Both the position numbers and the translations under genes were made by a program. Shown here one piece after another: positions 1-15,087 of a stretch of DNA of 64,000 bases. Within the stretch, counting starts at the first letter, position 1, and each line of letters opens with the position of its first letter. The notes beneath the pieces were generated by a model. That model worked only from the letters and a program-made list of their open reading frames with translations. It did no database searches and was not told where the DNA came from. Source of the stretch: the human T2T-CHM13v2.0 reference genome, Homo sapiens; NCBI RefSeq assembly GCF_009914755.1, contig NC_060925.1; one strand, 5' to 3'.

Positions 1-451
1 TTCTACCATATTTATGCTGTCATTCACTTTACTGATATCCTTCTTACCTTACCTCTTTTCCCACTTTATATTCCATGATCAATACCTTGCTCCCTCGTAA
101 TGATTGTACTCACTCTTCCAAACAACAATCCTGATAAATCCTACTCTCTGCCTTCTACATCTTGATACCACACAGCTATATGTGGCTAGATAAAACAATC
201 ACACTGACAATCATCCTATACTTTCTGAATCCATCACTCTTCTACTTTTTCAGATCTTTTCTTTCTCCCTCATCCTTACCATGTAATGAACTCATTTTGC
301 ATGTCAAGGGCTAAAAGTTGAATATTTTAAAAGTTCTCATTTTCCCACTACTATATAAACCAACAAATATCTTTAGTCTGCATTCACAAATAACATAACA
401 AATGAGCTCTTCATATTTCTATCTGTGGTGAATTAAGATGACTAGAAATTT

Positions 452-3240
452 TGTGGCACCATCCCGTTGAAAACGTGGGGACATATTCTTTCTCCTTGAA
501 CCTGGGTGGGCTCTTTGACTGCTTTGACCAATAAAATACAGTGAAAGTAAAACTTCCAGTTTTGATGTCCAGATGTTAAAAGCCTTGAAGCTTCCATTTC
601 TACATCTTGGAACCAACGTGTGTGGGTGCTGAGTCAGTATCGAAGAATTCTGCTTATTCTGCTTGCATTAGTCCATTTTCATGCTGCTGATAAAGACATA
701 TCCAAGACCGGGTAATTTATGAATAAAAAGAGTTTCATGGAATCACAGTTCCATGTGGATGGGGAGGCCTCACAATCATGGCAGAAGGTGAAAAGTATGC
801 ATTACATGGGAGCAGACAAGAGACAATGAGAGCTGAGTGAAAGGGGAAGCCCCTTGTAAAGTCATCAGCTCTCATGAGACTTATTCACGACCATAAGAAC
901 AGTATGGGGGAGCCACCCCATCATTCAATTATCTCTCACCAGGTCCCTCCACAACACATGGGAATTATGGGAGCTACAATTCAAGATGAGATTTGGGAAA
1001 GGACACAGCCAAACCACCTCATTCTGCCTCTGGCACCTCCCAAATCTCATGTCCTCACATTTCAAAACCAATCATGCCTTCCCAATAGTCCCCAAAAGTC
1101 TTAACTCACTTCAGCATTAACTCAAAAGTTGGCAGTCCAAAGTCTCACCTGAGACAGGGCAAGTCTCTTCCACATATAAACCTGTAAAATCAAAAGCAAT
1201 TTAGTTATTTTCTAGATAAGATAGGAGTACAGGCATTGGGTAAATGCAGCCATTTCAAATGGTAAAATTTACCCAAAACAAAGGGACTAAAGGCTCCAAG
1301 CAAGTCCGAAATCCAGTGGGACAGTCAAATCTTAAAGCTCCAAAATGATCTCCTTTGACTCTATGTCTCACATCCAGGTCATACTCATGCAAGTGGTGGG
1401 TTCCCATGGTCTCAGGCAGCTCCACCCCTGTGGTTTTGCAGGGGAGAGCCTTCCTCCCGGTTGCTTTCACAGGCTGGCATTGTATGCAGCTTTTCCAGGC
1501 ACACAGTGCAAGCTGTCGGTGATCTACCATTCCGGGGTCTGGAGGACAGCAGCCCTCTTCTCATAGCTCCACTAGGCAGTACCCTAGTGGGGACTCTGTG
1601 TTGGGGGCTTCAACCCCACATTTCCATTCCCCACTGCCTTAGCAGAGGTTCTCCATGAAGACCTCACCCCTGCAGCAAACTTCTGTCTGGAGATCCAGGC
1701 ATTTCCATACATTCTCTGAAATCTAGGTGGAGGTTCCCATACCTCGATTCTGGACTTCTGTGAATCCACAGGCTCAACACCACATGGAAGCTGCCAAAGC
1801 TTGAGGCTTGCACCCTCTGAAGCCATGGCCTGAGCTGTACCTTGACCCCTTTTAGCTGTGGCTGGAGCAGCTGGGACACAGAGCACCAAGTCCCTAGGCT
1901 GTACACAGGCAAACAGCAGAGGGGCCCTGGGCCCAGCCTATGAAACCATTTTTTCCTCCTAGGCCTCTGGGTGTGTGATGGAAGGGGCTGCCACAAAGAT
2001 CTCTGACATGGCCTGAAGACTTAGCGATTAACATTTGGCTCCTTGTTACTTATGCAAATTTCTGCAGCCAGCTTGAATTTCTCCTCAGAAAATGGATTTT
2101 TCTTTTCTATCACAGTGTCATGCTACAAATTTTCTGAACGTTTATGCTCTGTTTTCCTGTTAAAACTGAGTGCTTTTAACACACCCAAGTCACTCTTGAA
2201 TGATTTGCTGCTTAGAAATTTCTTCTGCCAGATACCCTAACTCATCTCCCTCAAGTTCAAAGTTCCACAAATCTCTAGGGCAGGGACAAAATGCTGCCAG
2301 TCTCTCTCGATAGCAAGAGACACCTTTACTCCAGTTCCCATTGAGTTCCTCATCTCCATCTGAGACCATCTCAGCTTGGATTTCATTGTCTATATCATTA
2401 TTTGACATTTTAGTCAAAGCCATTCAACAAGTCTCTAGGAAGTTCCAAACTTTCCCACATTTTCCTGTCGTTTTCTGAGCCCTCCAAACTGTTTCAACCC
2501 CTGCCTGTTACCCAGTTCCAAAGTCGCTTCCACATTTTTGGGTTATCTTTACAACAGCACCCCACTCTACCAGTACCAATGTACTGTATTAGTCTGTTTT
2601 CATGCTGCTGATAAAGACATACCTGAGACTGAGTGATTTATAAAGAAAAAGACACTTAATGGACTCACATTTCCAGGTGGATGGGGAGGCCTCACAATCA
2701 TGGTGGAAGGCAAAAGGCACATCTCTACATGATGGCAGACAAGACAGAATGAGAGCTAAGTGAAAGGGGAACCCCCTTATAAAATCATCAGCTCTTGTGA
2801 GACTTATTCAAGACCACGAGAACAGTGTGGGGGAAATACTCCTGTGATTCAGTTATCTCCCGTTGGATCCCTCCCACAAGACACGGAAATTATGGGAGCT
2901 ACAATTCAAGATGAGATTTGGGTGGGGACACAGCCAAACCATATTGCTGCTGAATAGATCATGTAGACAGGCTCTCAAACTACACGGAGAGCAAGAGAGG
3001 CCCACCTTACCACAACATTTCATCCAATCCACTAATAAAACAGGCACATCACTGAAGCCACCTTCAACTCTCCAGACTACCCAGCTGCCAGCTGAATACC
3101 ACAGATGGCTACAGTTAATACCACACGGAGCAGAATCACGTAGCTAAGCCCTGCTTGCACTAATACAAGTCCACAATTTTTTTTAAGTTTGTTGTTTTAA
3201 GCTGCTAAGTTTTGAGGTGGTTTGTGGTACGTGGAATAAG
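452..3240 (+). mobile_element. Old MLT1-type MaLR LTR, split by the THE1 insertion
   Basis: MLT1-like text on both sides of the THE1: 'ttgaacctgggtgggctctttgactgctttgaccaataaaata' and the typical 3' end 'tgttgttttaagctgctaagttttgaggtggtttgt'. Boundaries approximate. Confidence 0.6.
664..2946 (-). mobile_element. Full-length THE1 (MaLR) element: LTR 664-1021, internal ~1022-2584, LTR 2585-2946
   Basis: Two similar ~360-bp LTRs (tg(t/c)attagtc...gacacagccaaacca) around a ~1.56-kb THE1-int-like region. Identical 5-bp TSD CTGCT at 659-663 and 2947-2951. Confidence 0.92.
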
Positions 3241-3789
3241 ATGTCACTCTAATATAATATAAACTTAAACTATGTGGCATTGGCTTTGGAATCAGACAAT
3301 GGATAGAAGCCAGAAGGATTTCACAAAGACTGTTAGTGAAAAGTGAACAGACTTCAAGGAAAATGATAGCAAAACCTGTAAAAGCATTCTGGGAACTGAC
3401 AGTAAACACTGAATGGTCCTTAAGGAGACTGAAAACTTGAAAGAGCTTAAGAAGTCTACTGGAAAGGGCTTTAAGGATAATGAGAAAAAATCATCAGTGG
3501 AGGCTGAGGAAAACGCACCAAAGTCATATTCTGATGGGAGAATTAGAAAACGCTTGCCTGGAATGATATAAAAAATAGGAAAAATACCGAAAAAGTTTGT
3601 GGATCTGGCTGGGGAGATTTTTGGTGTCAACTAAAGAAAAAAATTAAGCTTTTAAGAAATTAAAGTTAGATTTATTTAGGGGTCTGAGAACAAGAGACTG
3701 AGGATTACAGCCTAGGAGAAGTCTTCCAGAGAGGTTCTGTCAGACTGCTCTGGTGAAGGTCTTTAGCCCACAGTTTATATGCAGGCTGT

Positions 3790-4150
3790 ACATATACACC
3801 ATGGAATACTATGCCGCCATTAAAAAATGATATCATGTCTTTTGCTGGAACATGGATGGACCTTCTATTATCCTTAGCAAACTAATGCAGGAACAGAAAA
3901 CCAAATACAGCATACTCTCAGTTATAAGTGGGAGCTAAATGATGAGAACTCATGAACACAAAGAATAAAACAGACACTGGGGTCTACTTGAGGGTGGAGG
4001 GTGAGAAAAGGAAGAGAAGCAGAAAAGATAACTATTGGGTACTAGGTTTAATACCTGGGTGATGAAATGATCTGTACAATAACCCCCTGTGACACCAGTC
4101 TACCTATGTAACAAATGCCCCTAAACTTAAAATAAAAGTTAAAAAAAAAG
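3790..4150 (+). mobile_element. 5'-truncated L1 (L1P-type) 3' end
   Basis: 'catatacaccatggaatactatgc', 'ataagtgggagctaaatgatgagaac', ending 'aataaaagttaaaaaaaaa'. Confidence 0.85.
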
Positions 4151-4284
4151 AAAATTAAAATCTCCTTATCATCTACCTGGTAATATGAAAAACACAAATC
4201 TTTCATTCATTCCTTTCAACTGATGAGGAAAATGAGGCATCGGGAGTTAGTAAAAGTCCACATTGAGATATGAGACCCACCACT

Positions 4285-4599
<315 letters not shown>

Positions 4600-5905
4600 T
4601 CATTTTGCAAGTGTTACCACTATTGTGTGTTAATATTGTAGAAGTATTCCTAATTATGATTTCTTTGTATTCCTAATTGTAATAGCTTTGTATTTGAAAA
4701 ATTATTGATTCATACTCTATATGTTATTATTTTGTATGTGATGACAACAGAATATATTATCATGCTCCTTTTGTGAATCTCATTCATAATATAAAGTATA
4801 AATTTGTGATTTTGCTTTAATTTGAAATATTAACTTCAAATATGTTATCACAATTTGATACAAACTATTGACAGTAAATCTGTGGATTAAGTAATGTCTT
4901 AGTAGGTATTGGGAAAATTTGAAACTAGTAACATGGAGGACTATTGTCATTGTTTATTTCAAAGCCAGTTAAAATTCTGCAAAGCAGTGTACATAAAAAT
5001 AATTTCAAGAAATTTATAAAATACCGAGATTATGGTGTATAAACAACTTTAGATTCTTTGTTTAAGAAATTCTGCCAGTTTGTAATATATGCTTCATTCA
5101 AAGTAGCTAAGGGCTGTACCTGGCTAATAGTAGGCACCTAATATTTGTTGAAAAGGAATACTGAGTAGCTGGGACCTCCTGAGTAGCTGGGACCACAAAC
5201 ATTTAACCTGTATTTATAAAATTACTGTTTAGAGAATAACATTTGATGGAATCATGCTTTTACTTTCTGCTTACGACTCAATTGTTTGTACTGACATTAA
5301 CATCCCAAATCCTTAGCATGGCCTACAAGGCCCTGAGCAATGTGGCACCTGCTGAAGCCTGCTGCCTCATTTAATAACTCTTTGTCTCTTTCCCAGATCC
5401 AGCCACTCTAACATTTTTTAGCTCCTGGACCAAGACAAGCTCTTCCCAGAACCTGACCTTTGTACCTGTTCTTTATTCCTGGAGTATTTTTCCCCTGACA
5501 AATTACTTATCATCTATCATAATTCAGGTTAAATGGCACTAACTCAGGGAAGGCTTCCCTAACTGCCTCCCTTCTCCAACCAAATTAGGAACAATTATAT
5601 GGCCACATAGTATTGAATCAAGTTTATAATTTTAAAATAATTGGGAGATTTTGTTGTTTAACACTTGTTTTCACTATAAGACTGTAATTACATGCAAGTA
5701 AGAACCATGCCTGTTTGTTCACTCCTGCCACAGTCAGAATAGTGCCTGGAATATGCAGTAAGGGCTGAACAAGCACTAAATAAATGAACAAGTGAATAAA
5801 TGGATATTGTCTCATTTTTAGAACAGAGTACTGAATGGATCATGAACACTATCTGGTATGTCACGTAGGTAATTTACAAGGGCTACAATTTCAGCTCAGA
5901 TTTAC

Positions 5906-6010
5906 CTTTTCCTGGATACAGGTCTTGATAGGTCTCTTGATGTCATTTCACTTCAGATTCTTCTTTAGAAAACTTGGACAATAGCATTTGCTGTCTTGTC
6001 CAAATTGTTA
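5906..6010 (-). ncRNA. Candidate 105-nt internal exon of a minus-strand spliced lncRNA
   Basis: On the minus strand, acceptor 'gattcttag|TAAC' and donor 'AAAG|gtaaat'. Size fits my recollection of exons in the subtelomeric SEPTIN14P-containing lncRNA family (unverified). Confidence 0.5.
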
Positions 6011-6894
6011 CTAAGAATCAAGAGAGATATCTGACATGAAATGACATTGGAAAACATTAAACACGATTGAAATAATGCTAGCCAATATGGTTATTATTAG
6101 AAACCAATTACATTTTCAACTTAAAAATAGTAATACTTACTGCAGACTCAAATGTGCTTATTCTAAAACAAGTAAATGTTTGCCTATGGTCTGAGATTCT
6201 AATCCACGGAGTTCATTCTAATCCACATTCAACACTATCATGTACCAGTGGGCCTCATAACCCACCTAGCCCTGTGATTTTTCAGGTTCACTTTTCTAAA
6301 CTTGTGAATTAAATGTTTATTTTCTTAGTTCAGAAGAGGAAAAAAACTCTTGTAATTGTTGCCCATTTCAGGAGAAATCTTGCATATGAAAACAAGAGAT
6401 AAATATACACAACTGAGGGCTGTGGTTTAAACAAAATCTTGAGAATGTTTTTTGACCTTATACATTTGTGCTTTAGTATAACAAAATGATATAGACAAAG
6501 GTAACTTTTAATAGAACCAGTCACTACATTAAAAAAATGACAAATTCTTCTGCTTAGCTAAGCAACAGAGAAGGTAAAATACTAATTCAATTCATCAATT
6601 TAAGCAATACTCATTAAGAGCCAAGTATGTGCTCACTGAATAAGCTGCTAAGGTTTGGTGGTTACAGAGTGTGCGGTGAAATGATGTCTACATCACAGTC
6701 CAACATTCACAGAGTTTAAAAGCCTACCAAGAATCAAGACAGACACAAATACCTAACATAGACGTTTGTATATGATAAGAGAGCCAGAGTACAATTTAGG
6801 AGAAGAAATTGTATGGAAGGAAGGTTCATTTCCATTAGACCAGAAAAGACAGCACATTTGAAGGCCTGAATAAGAAATATTCTGGATAAGATAT

Positions 6895-7330
6895 TGTGGC
6901 TGCTACCAGAATGGCTCTTGATGATCTCTACCTCTTGGTATTTATACCCTTATATAATCTCTTTCCTATAGTGTAAGCTGGTCCCAGGTACTTGTTTCTA
7001 TTGAATAGAATAGAACAAAAGAAATGAGATGCCACTTCTGAGATTAGATTATAAGATACTGTGAATTTCTTCTTGTGCCCTCTCCCTCTCTCTCTTTCTC
7101 TTGCCCTCTCATTTGAATGAAGCCAACTGGCATGCTGTCAGTGGCCCAGTGTAAGTCCTGTTACAAGAAATTGATGATTACCTGTAGCCAACCCTAAGTG
7201 AAGAACTGAGGTCCTCAGTCCTACAAATGGAGAGAAACTGAATCTAGCTAAGAACCATGTGAGTGAGCTGGGAAGAAGATCCACCCTCAGTTGAAATTTA
7301 AGATGACATATTGAGCAGACATACTGAGAC
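6895..7330 (+). mobile_element. MLT1-type LTR fragment
   Basis: 'tgtggc...aatggctc...gatctctacctcttggtatt' and 'gaactgaggtcctcagtcc...gagtgagctgggaag' motifs. Confidence 0.6.
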
Positions 7331-8777
7331 ACACTGAAAGTAAGAGAGCAGGAGGAAACAAAACCAGGGTCATACAAAGAACACAACTGATTTTGAGATT
7401 CTCACATAAGTATTACACCTTCAGTGAGCACGTGTACTAGAAATTTAAAAAATAAATAAAATAAACCTTCAAAGTGAGCTAGCAAATAAATTTCCCTATG
7501 GTCTCAGCTCTGAGTGGAGAGAGAAAATGTTCCCTGTGGAGTTTATAGCCAGAATCCAGCTCTCAAACAGGTTTCAGCCTGAACTCACACAATCTGTGTG
7601 GCTTCCAAATTTGCAAGCTGAGAATTTAATTCAAAGTGGTCTCAGGTTGATAGCAGTCCAAAATGCTAGGTAGGAAAAAAAATCCTCTCTGGACAAATAA
7701 ATCATCAAAGCCAGCTCATAAGAGCAGGTTTCAAAGGTCATGAGCTTCTAACACACACACAAAAATCACACACACAAAATGGGGGTAGCAGCAACATGGG
7801 TAGCGTATTCAAACTTGAAAAGACTTTAAATATTTGTATTATTAGATGTAGATTATGAAACACATATTTTAATGTGGTTAATTTTTTTAAGGAATCAAAA
7901 CTATGAGTAAAGACCAAGAAAATTGTGCTGGATGGCCACTTCCACCATGGCTCCCCTCCTATTTAAGTCTGGGTACTGTGTCACCCGAAGTCTTCAGGCA
8001 CATTGTTCCAGGTCTGGGTTTGCCTATGAAAGAAACTCATGAGAGCTGGAAATGAGGAGTGAAGAGGAGGTCTTCAAATAAAGCAGGCTTAAGGATTAGA
8101 CATAGCAGGTTTGACAGATGTGATGGCTTGCAGAATCCTTTATGAGCTCCCACTGTCCATCTGGATAAGATTTACAGACCTTTCAGAAATTCCTATAAGC
8201 TTGGGTTCTGTGCCCACACTCTAGACTGTCAGGCTAAGATCTCTGATATAAAACAGACCTCTTCTGATTTTGTCTAGCTGCTTTTCTAATATCTATTCAC
8301 CAAGCTCTTCCAATAATAGCATAAGGCCCTAATTAATATTAAACTTTTATCATTATAATACATAGGATGTCTTCTGTTTTCCTGATCAAATTCTGACTAC
8401 TATTAAAATATAAAGAATTGTCCAGAAATATATAAAAAAAGAATCACACATTGATCTTCTTTAAATGAAAATATAACAATTGTATGGACTAGGATGATTA
8501 CAGTTGTTCAGTTCTGACTGTTATTTGAAGAAAAAAGCAATAAGAAGCCTCAGCAACTTAACAGAAGGAGCTGCCATTTACTAGGAGAAAAGATTGTGGA
8601 TGAGAGTGTAGCAAAGGTCAGAATTCTGTGAAGCTTGAGATGTTTATTATAATGAATTATCTTTTATACTCACTACAATTTCCTAACAATTTTGGGGTTT
8701 ATATTTTTGAAAGAGATATACCTTTAATTTTCTTTCTTTGTACTATTGTTAGGTAACTTTGATGTGCAGATTATACT

Positions 8778-9290
8778 ACAGTGAAAGTTGCCAATGACAA
8801 GGCAAAGTCACTTACATCAGACCCAAAGCAAAGTGGAGCCGGGTCATGAAAAAGGGGATCTTGTGTGTCTGTCCACGATAAGCACTATCACAAGGACTTT
8901 CTATAAACTCACAAGAAATTTCTGCCCACCCAGCACACTCTGTTTGTCCAGCTCATCCTGTAGGTGTCTCTATAATAGGACCTATCATAAAAAATTCCTC
9001 AAGACTGCAGCATTTCAGATAAGCCACCCTCACAAGAACACTTGCCTAGCAATGGCTGTTTCTGCCAGTAAGTTAACACCAGCTCCTGCATCAGACCCTG
9101 TGACCAATGATGTTTGTTTCAAAACAGCTTGCATGGACTTCTTTTTGTCTTTACATATTTTCCTTACCTCAACCTCTTGGGATGCACCTATGATTGATCA
9201 TAGCACAAATATCTCAGATTATAATCCTTGTTTATTTCCAAATAAATTTATTTCTTTGGAGATCCACTTTTTCTGTTATTATACATTGAC
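8778..9290 (+). mobile_element. Probable old ERV1-class solo LTR (MER34-like)
   Basis: LTR-like text with 'aataaatttatttctttggagat' near the 3' end. Subfamily uncertain. Confidence 0.35.
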
Positions 9291-9639
9291 ATTGTTATTA
9301 TGAAATTGGTTGGGTGATGTGTCTTATTTTCTTGTCTCCAGAAGAATTTCTGTAACAGTGCAATTAAACGTTCTTTGCATGTTTGCTAGAACTCACCTGT
9401 AAAATTGTCTGAGCAACCAAAGCCTGGTTTTTGTGTTTAGTTTTTCTTTTGTGATTGGGGAGGGGGGTTTATCGTACTGATTCAAGGTGTGAAGGTAACA
9501 TCATTTTGATTTTATACATCTTCTTCAGTCCATTTAAGCATGTTACATAGCGTTGTTTGTTCTTTTCATGATATTCTTTACAGTAGTCTCCTAAATGTTC
9601 CCTCTGCTTCTGCCATGAGCCCCTACAATCTATTTCAAC

Positions 9640-10236
9640 TCAGAAGCTATAGAGTTTGTTTAAAACATGTAACATATTATGCCACCTTTCTTACTGTAAA
9701 ACATCCCATGGTTTCTCATAGTATTTATAGTAAAAGTGAAATTTTTATGATGGCTTGAGAAACTTTTCCCATTAGATGCCCAAGTGCTGGTCTGGTCTGA
9801 TCTTCTCATCTTCCCTTGGGTGATTCTGTGGCAGTCACACTAGCCTCCTTGCTGCTCCACAAAAACTCCAGCATGATCCTACTTCAGGATATTTGCCATT
9901 GTTACTGCATCTGCCTGGAACCTTTTCTCCCATATAAACATAGAGATTGCTCTTGCCTGTCCTTCAAGTCTATTCTTAAATGTCCCATTCTCTGTGAAGC
10001 TTTCCTGCCCACCCTATTTAAATTACAGACTTCACTCCCAATTCCCCATCTACTTTAAGAGTCTTCATTTATCATTCCTTGACAAACTGTAAATATACAT
10101 GTTCACTTTTTTATCATCTGTCTCCAAATACTGGAATGTTAAGTTCTGTAATGTCAGATATTTCTGTTTGGTTCACTGGTGTATTCTTAAAGCATGTTAC
10201 ATACTAGGTATACTCAATGAATATTTGTTGAATAAA
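9640..10236 (+). mobile_element. L2 remnant (3' region)
   Basis: Pyrimidine-rich L2 text ending 'ggtatactcaatgaatatttgttgaataaat'. Confidence 0.65.
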
Positions 10237-10816
10237 TATCACATTGGGCTTATTCCAGAAATTCAAGCTTGTTTCAATAGTTAGAGCAATCTACAAATGT
10301 AATTCATTACATTAACTAATTAAAGGAGCTAAATCACATCACCACCACAATAATGCAGAAAACCACATTTGATACAACTCAATATTCATGTCTGCCTAAC
10401 AAACATCTCATGATACTAGGAAAAGAGGAAGGGATATATTATTTTCATGTATAAAGCACTAACCATTGTAGCATGCCAATATACTCAAAATTCAATGAAA
10501 TTCCTATCAAAATCTTAGCATTCCTCTTAGCCCTCAACAAAGCATTTCTAAAATGTGTATAGAAGACCAAAGGGCCAAAAGAGTCAACTTCTGAAGAAGC
10601 GCAAAAAGAAAGTTGAGGAAATCTTAAAACATGTTATTGAGCTTAAAGTTGCAAAAATAAACTCATGTGCCATAATTCATGAGTAGAAAAATAGACTAGT
10701 GGAATAACATAAAAATAAAAACAATGCTTACATAAAATGTTGTAACTGATTTGGATGTCATTAGAAATCAGTAAGTAAATAGATGGACAATGTAATGAAA
10801 GATGCTAGGCAAATAA

Positions 10817-11310
10817 TGTGGTAGGGAGAATAATGGCCCTCAAAGATGCCCATGCCTAACCCTGGAACCTGTGAATATGTTACACTGAATGCAATAAAGG
10901 CTTATCAGATGTGATTAAGGATGCAAACCGAGATGGAGAGATCTTCCTGGGTTACCCAGATGGGCCCAGTCTAATCACATGAGTTCTTAAAAATGGAGAA
11001 CCTTTCTTAGCTGAGTCCAGAGAGAGATGTGACAATGAAAGAATGGTCAGAGAAATGTGACATTGCCAGCTTTAAAAAGAGAGAGGAGAGGCAATGAGAA
11101 AAGGAATGCTGATGTTCTCTAGAAGATAGAAAAGGCCAGGATATGGATTCTACCCTAGCCACCATAAAGAAACATGCCTGTCGACAACTTGATTTTAGTT
11201 CACTAAAATTCATGCCTGATTTCTGACTTGTGTACACTGTAAGATGACAAGTTTGTGTTATTTTAGGTCACTTAGTTTGCAGAAATTTGTTACAGCAGTA
11301 ATAGAACAAG
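10817..11310 (+). mobile_element. MLT1C/D-like solo LTR
   Basis: Starts 'tgtggtagggagaataatggccctcaaagatg...ggaacctgtgaatatgttac'; ends 'ttgttacagcagtaatagaac'. Confidence 0.75.
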
Positions 11311-11339
11311 TGGTTATCCATATGAGGCAAATTAGATTG

Positions 11340-12480
11340 GATACCTATCTCCAATAGAAATCAATTCAAGGTGAATTCCAGGAAAATACTTAAAACATTT
11401 AGATTAAAAATAAATGAGAATTTTTGTTACTTTTGGTAGGTCATAGAACCAAGAAAAACAAACATTAAGGAGGAAAAATGAACATATGACTACATCAAAA
11501 TATAAAGCTTCTCTATTTGGAAGATATCATAAGGTGACAAATCATAAACTGTAATATTTACAACATATATATAAGTGAATAAATATACATTTAGAATATA
11601 TATGAACTCCCAAAAATCAACAGGAAAAATAAGACATAGAACAAGCAAAATGCATAAACAAAAGAAGGCAAAACAAAAATAATGACTCATAATTATATGA
11701 AAAGAAGCTCATCTTCATAGATGAGCAGATAAATGCAAATTAAAACCACCCTGAGATGCTTTTTACATCCATGAGCCTGATAAAAGTTAGAGTCTAAAAG
11801 TAATAATTAACAAAGATGGGAAGTAACAGAAAATCTTGTCCATTACTGGTTAAAGTATAAACTGATACAGCTACTTTATAGAATATTACATTATAGAATA
11901 AAGTTGTGAGTATGTATATGCAGTGACTCAGCATATTCATTGCTAGTATGTACTCAAGAGAAACTTACAGGAGTGGACTAGGAAGTAAATACAAAATGAT
12001 TACAACATTGTTTGTTATATCAAAAAATAAAAAAGACACCCAATTTTCCAGCAAAAAAAATAAGTAAAAATAAATCCTGGTGTATTCTAACAATGGAATA
12101 ATATATAGCCATTAAAATAAATCAACTATTACTGTACATATGAATGTAAGTATCAGCAAAACATATTGTTTAGTGAAAAACTAAGAAGCTGAAGAAGAAT
12201 ATATACAATATGGTTACATTTATATGAAGTCCCAAAACTTGCAAAATAAAGAAATGTATTTAGAAATAGATTCACATGTGAGAAAACTAGAAGAAAATTA
12301 ATGAAAGGATAAGAGGGATAGCAGTAATTCTGAGTAGTTGAGGGAATTTCAATTGGAAAAAAATAATATCATATTCTTTAAGTCAGGTAGTGGGTATTAG
12401 CATTTGTTTTACCATCGTTCTTTATTCTTATAGCTACACTATATATTTTCAATGTATTTAATATATTTTTTGCATAATTA
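11340..12480 (+). mobile_element. Ancient L1M ORF2/3' remnant
   Basis: A-rich, with 'aaatgcaaattaaaaccaccctgagat' and 'caatggaataatatatagccattaaaa'. Confidence 0.6.
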
Positions 12481-12773
12481 AATATTATGCAATAAAAATG
12501 AGAAAACAAAAAAGTAGAAAATGATAAATTACAATAAAGAAATGGAGAAAAAATTATAATCTAGTTGAGTAATGGTATATTACATAGCTATTTTCTTAAG
12601 TAGATGTATGTACATGATGTATGCACGATTGTACATACATGTTCTTAATTATATATAAATATATATGTACATATTTTTAATATAAAATACTAAACAAAGT
12701 ACACCAAAATATTAGCTCCTATGTTAGTGAGATAATGTTTTGTTTTTTTGTATTTTAAGTTTTACATAGTAGG

Positions 12774-13489
<716 letters not shown>

Positions 13490-14320
13490 GTAGGCATGTA
13501 TTGAATTTTAAACTCAGAGAAAAATACTAGTGTTTTTATAGGATTCTTACTAAAGAAAAACCAGAAAGTAATAAACCATCTACGCTAAGACATAAAATTC
13601 AGTTGTTTAGTTACAAGATAGAATGTGGCCTTGTAAGAAAGCAAATTAACTTCTAACATACAAAGCCTTAGAGAAGATTCAAGTGACTGACGGATCTTAA
13701 ACAGAGCTATTATTACAACTTGAACTGCAGTAAAATATCCTCAGCAACATAGATGTGTATGTTTCACTAGTCAGAGCAATACAAATTTAACGAAACTCCA
13801 TTGGTGGTGTTTTTAATCAGACAATTTCTGAAGATGTCCTGGCTTATTCACAGATGCAAGCCAAATCTCTAGAAGAGTACCATAATAAGAAAAAAAAGAA
13901 TACAGGCAATTGAGAGCTGTTCCAAAGTTTAGGGAGTTTTTGTAAGGAATTAATAAATAAAAATGTTCTTGAAAGAGAGAAATTAATATGCAGTTCATAC
14001 TGCCAGAATTGCAGGCAATTTATCAAAGTCCCCTAATCCTCCAAAATCGCTATTTTTTTTTTTGACACACACTTTACAGTACAGAAGAAAATGTCTCCGG
14101 CAATAAATCACAAAGTTAAAATTACCTAGTCTACAATTAACTACACAGTGATGGTAAATCATTTTCTACCAAAAGAAAGAAATGTCTTGTCTATTCAGGT
14201 TCTGCTCTACTTAAAAGTTTTCCTTGTTGGCGAGCAAGTGGTTAGAAAATCATATTTTATACGTACATTCAGCTTAACTATCATTCAGCTCAGGAAGATG
14301 ACTCAGGGCCTTATCCATAC

Positions 14321-14478
14321 CTTCAAGTTTGCTCTTAGCAAGTAATTGTTTCAGTATCTATATCAAAAATGGCTTAAGCCTGCAACATGTTTCTGAATGA
14401 TTAACAAGGTGATAGTCAGTTCTTCATTGAATCCTGGATGCTTTATTTTTCTTAATAAGAGGAATTCATATGGATCAG
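14321..14478 (-). ncRNA. Candidate 158-nt exon of the minus-strand chimeric transcript
   Basis: Strong acceptor 'aatttttttctag|CTGATCC' and donor 'GAAG|gtatgg' on the minus strand. Confidence 0.55.
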
Positions 14479-14513
14479 CTAGAAAAAAATTAAGAGGAAA
14501 ATCACATGGAAAG

Positions 14514-14658
14514 TTATATATTATATATCTATTATATATAATATTATATATCTATTATATATTATATATTGTATATCTATTACATATATATTATATATGT
14601 ATTATATATATTATATATTATATATCTATTATATATATAATATTATATATTATATATC
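14514..14658. repeat. Degenerate (TA)n / AT-rich simple repeat
   Basis: tatata/tatatc runs seen directly. Confidence 0.9.
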
Positions 14659-14791
14659 ATTTCCAAATTCCCCAGCGTTCATATTTGTCAGTGCAAGTAA
14701 AGAGCCTTACTGCTGATGAGGTTTGAGGTATGACCATTTGGCCAGAATTTATGAACTCTACATGTCGCTTGATGTGTGCCTCAGGGTATAC

Positions 14792-15087
14792 TTTTTTTTT
14801 TTTTTTGAGACGGAGTCTTGCTCTGTCGCCCAGGCTGGAGTGCAGCGGTGCGATCTCAGCTCACCGCAAGCTCCGTCTCCCGGGTTCATGCCATTCTCCT
14901 GCCTGAGCCTCCTGAGTAGCTGGGACTACAGGCGCCCGCCACTATGCCCTGCTAATTTTTTGTATTTTTAGTACAGACGGGGTTTCACCGTGTTAGCCAG
15001 GATGGTCTCGATCTCCTGACCTCGTGATCCACCCGCCTCGGCCTCCCAAAGTGCTGGAATTACAGGTGTGAGCCACCACGCCCGGCC
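14792..15087 (-). mobile_element. AluY element
   Basis: Reverse-complement AluY text; near-perfect TSD 'agggta(t/c)acttt'. Confidence 0.9.

Noticed and set aside
1022-2584. ORFs in the THE1 internal region
   Set aside because: Fragmented remnants of the MaLR internal ORF; not intact.
8788-9303. 171-aa ORF
   Set aside because: Lies in a probable LTR, has a TTG start and no recognisable homology.
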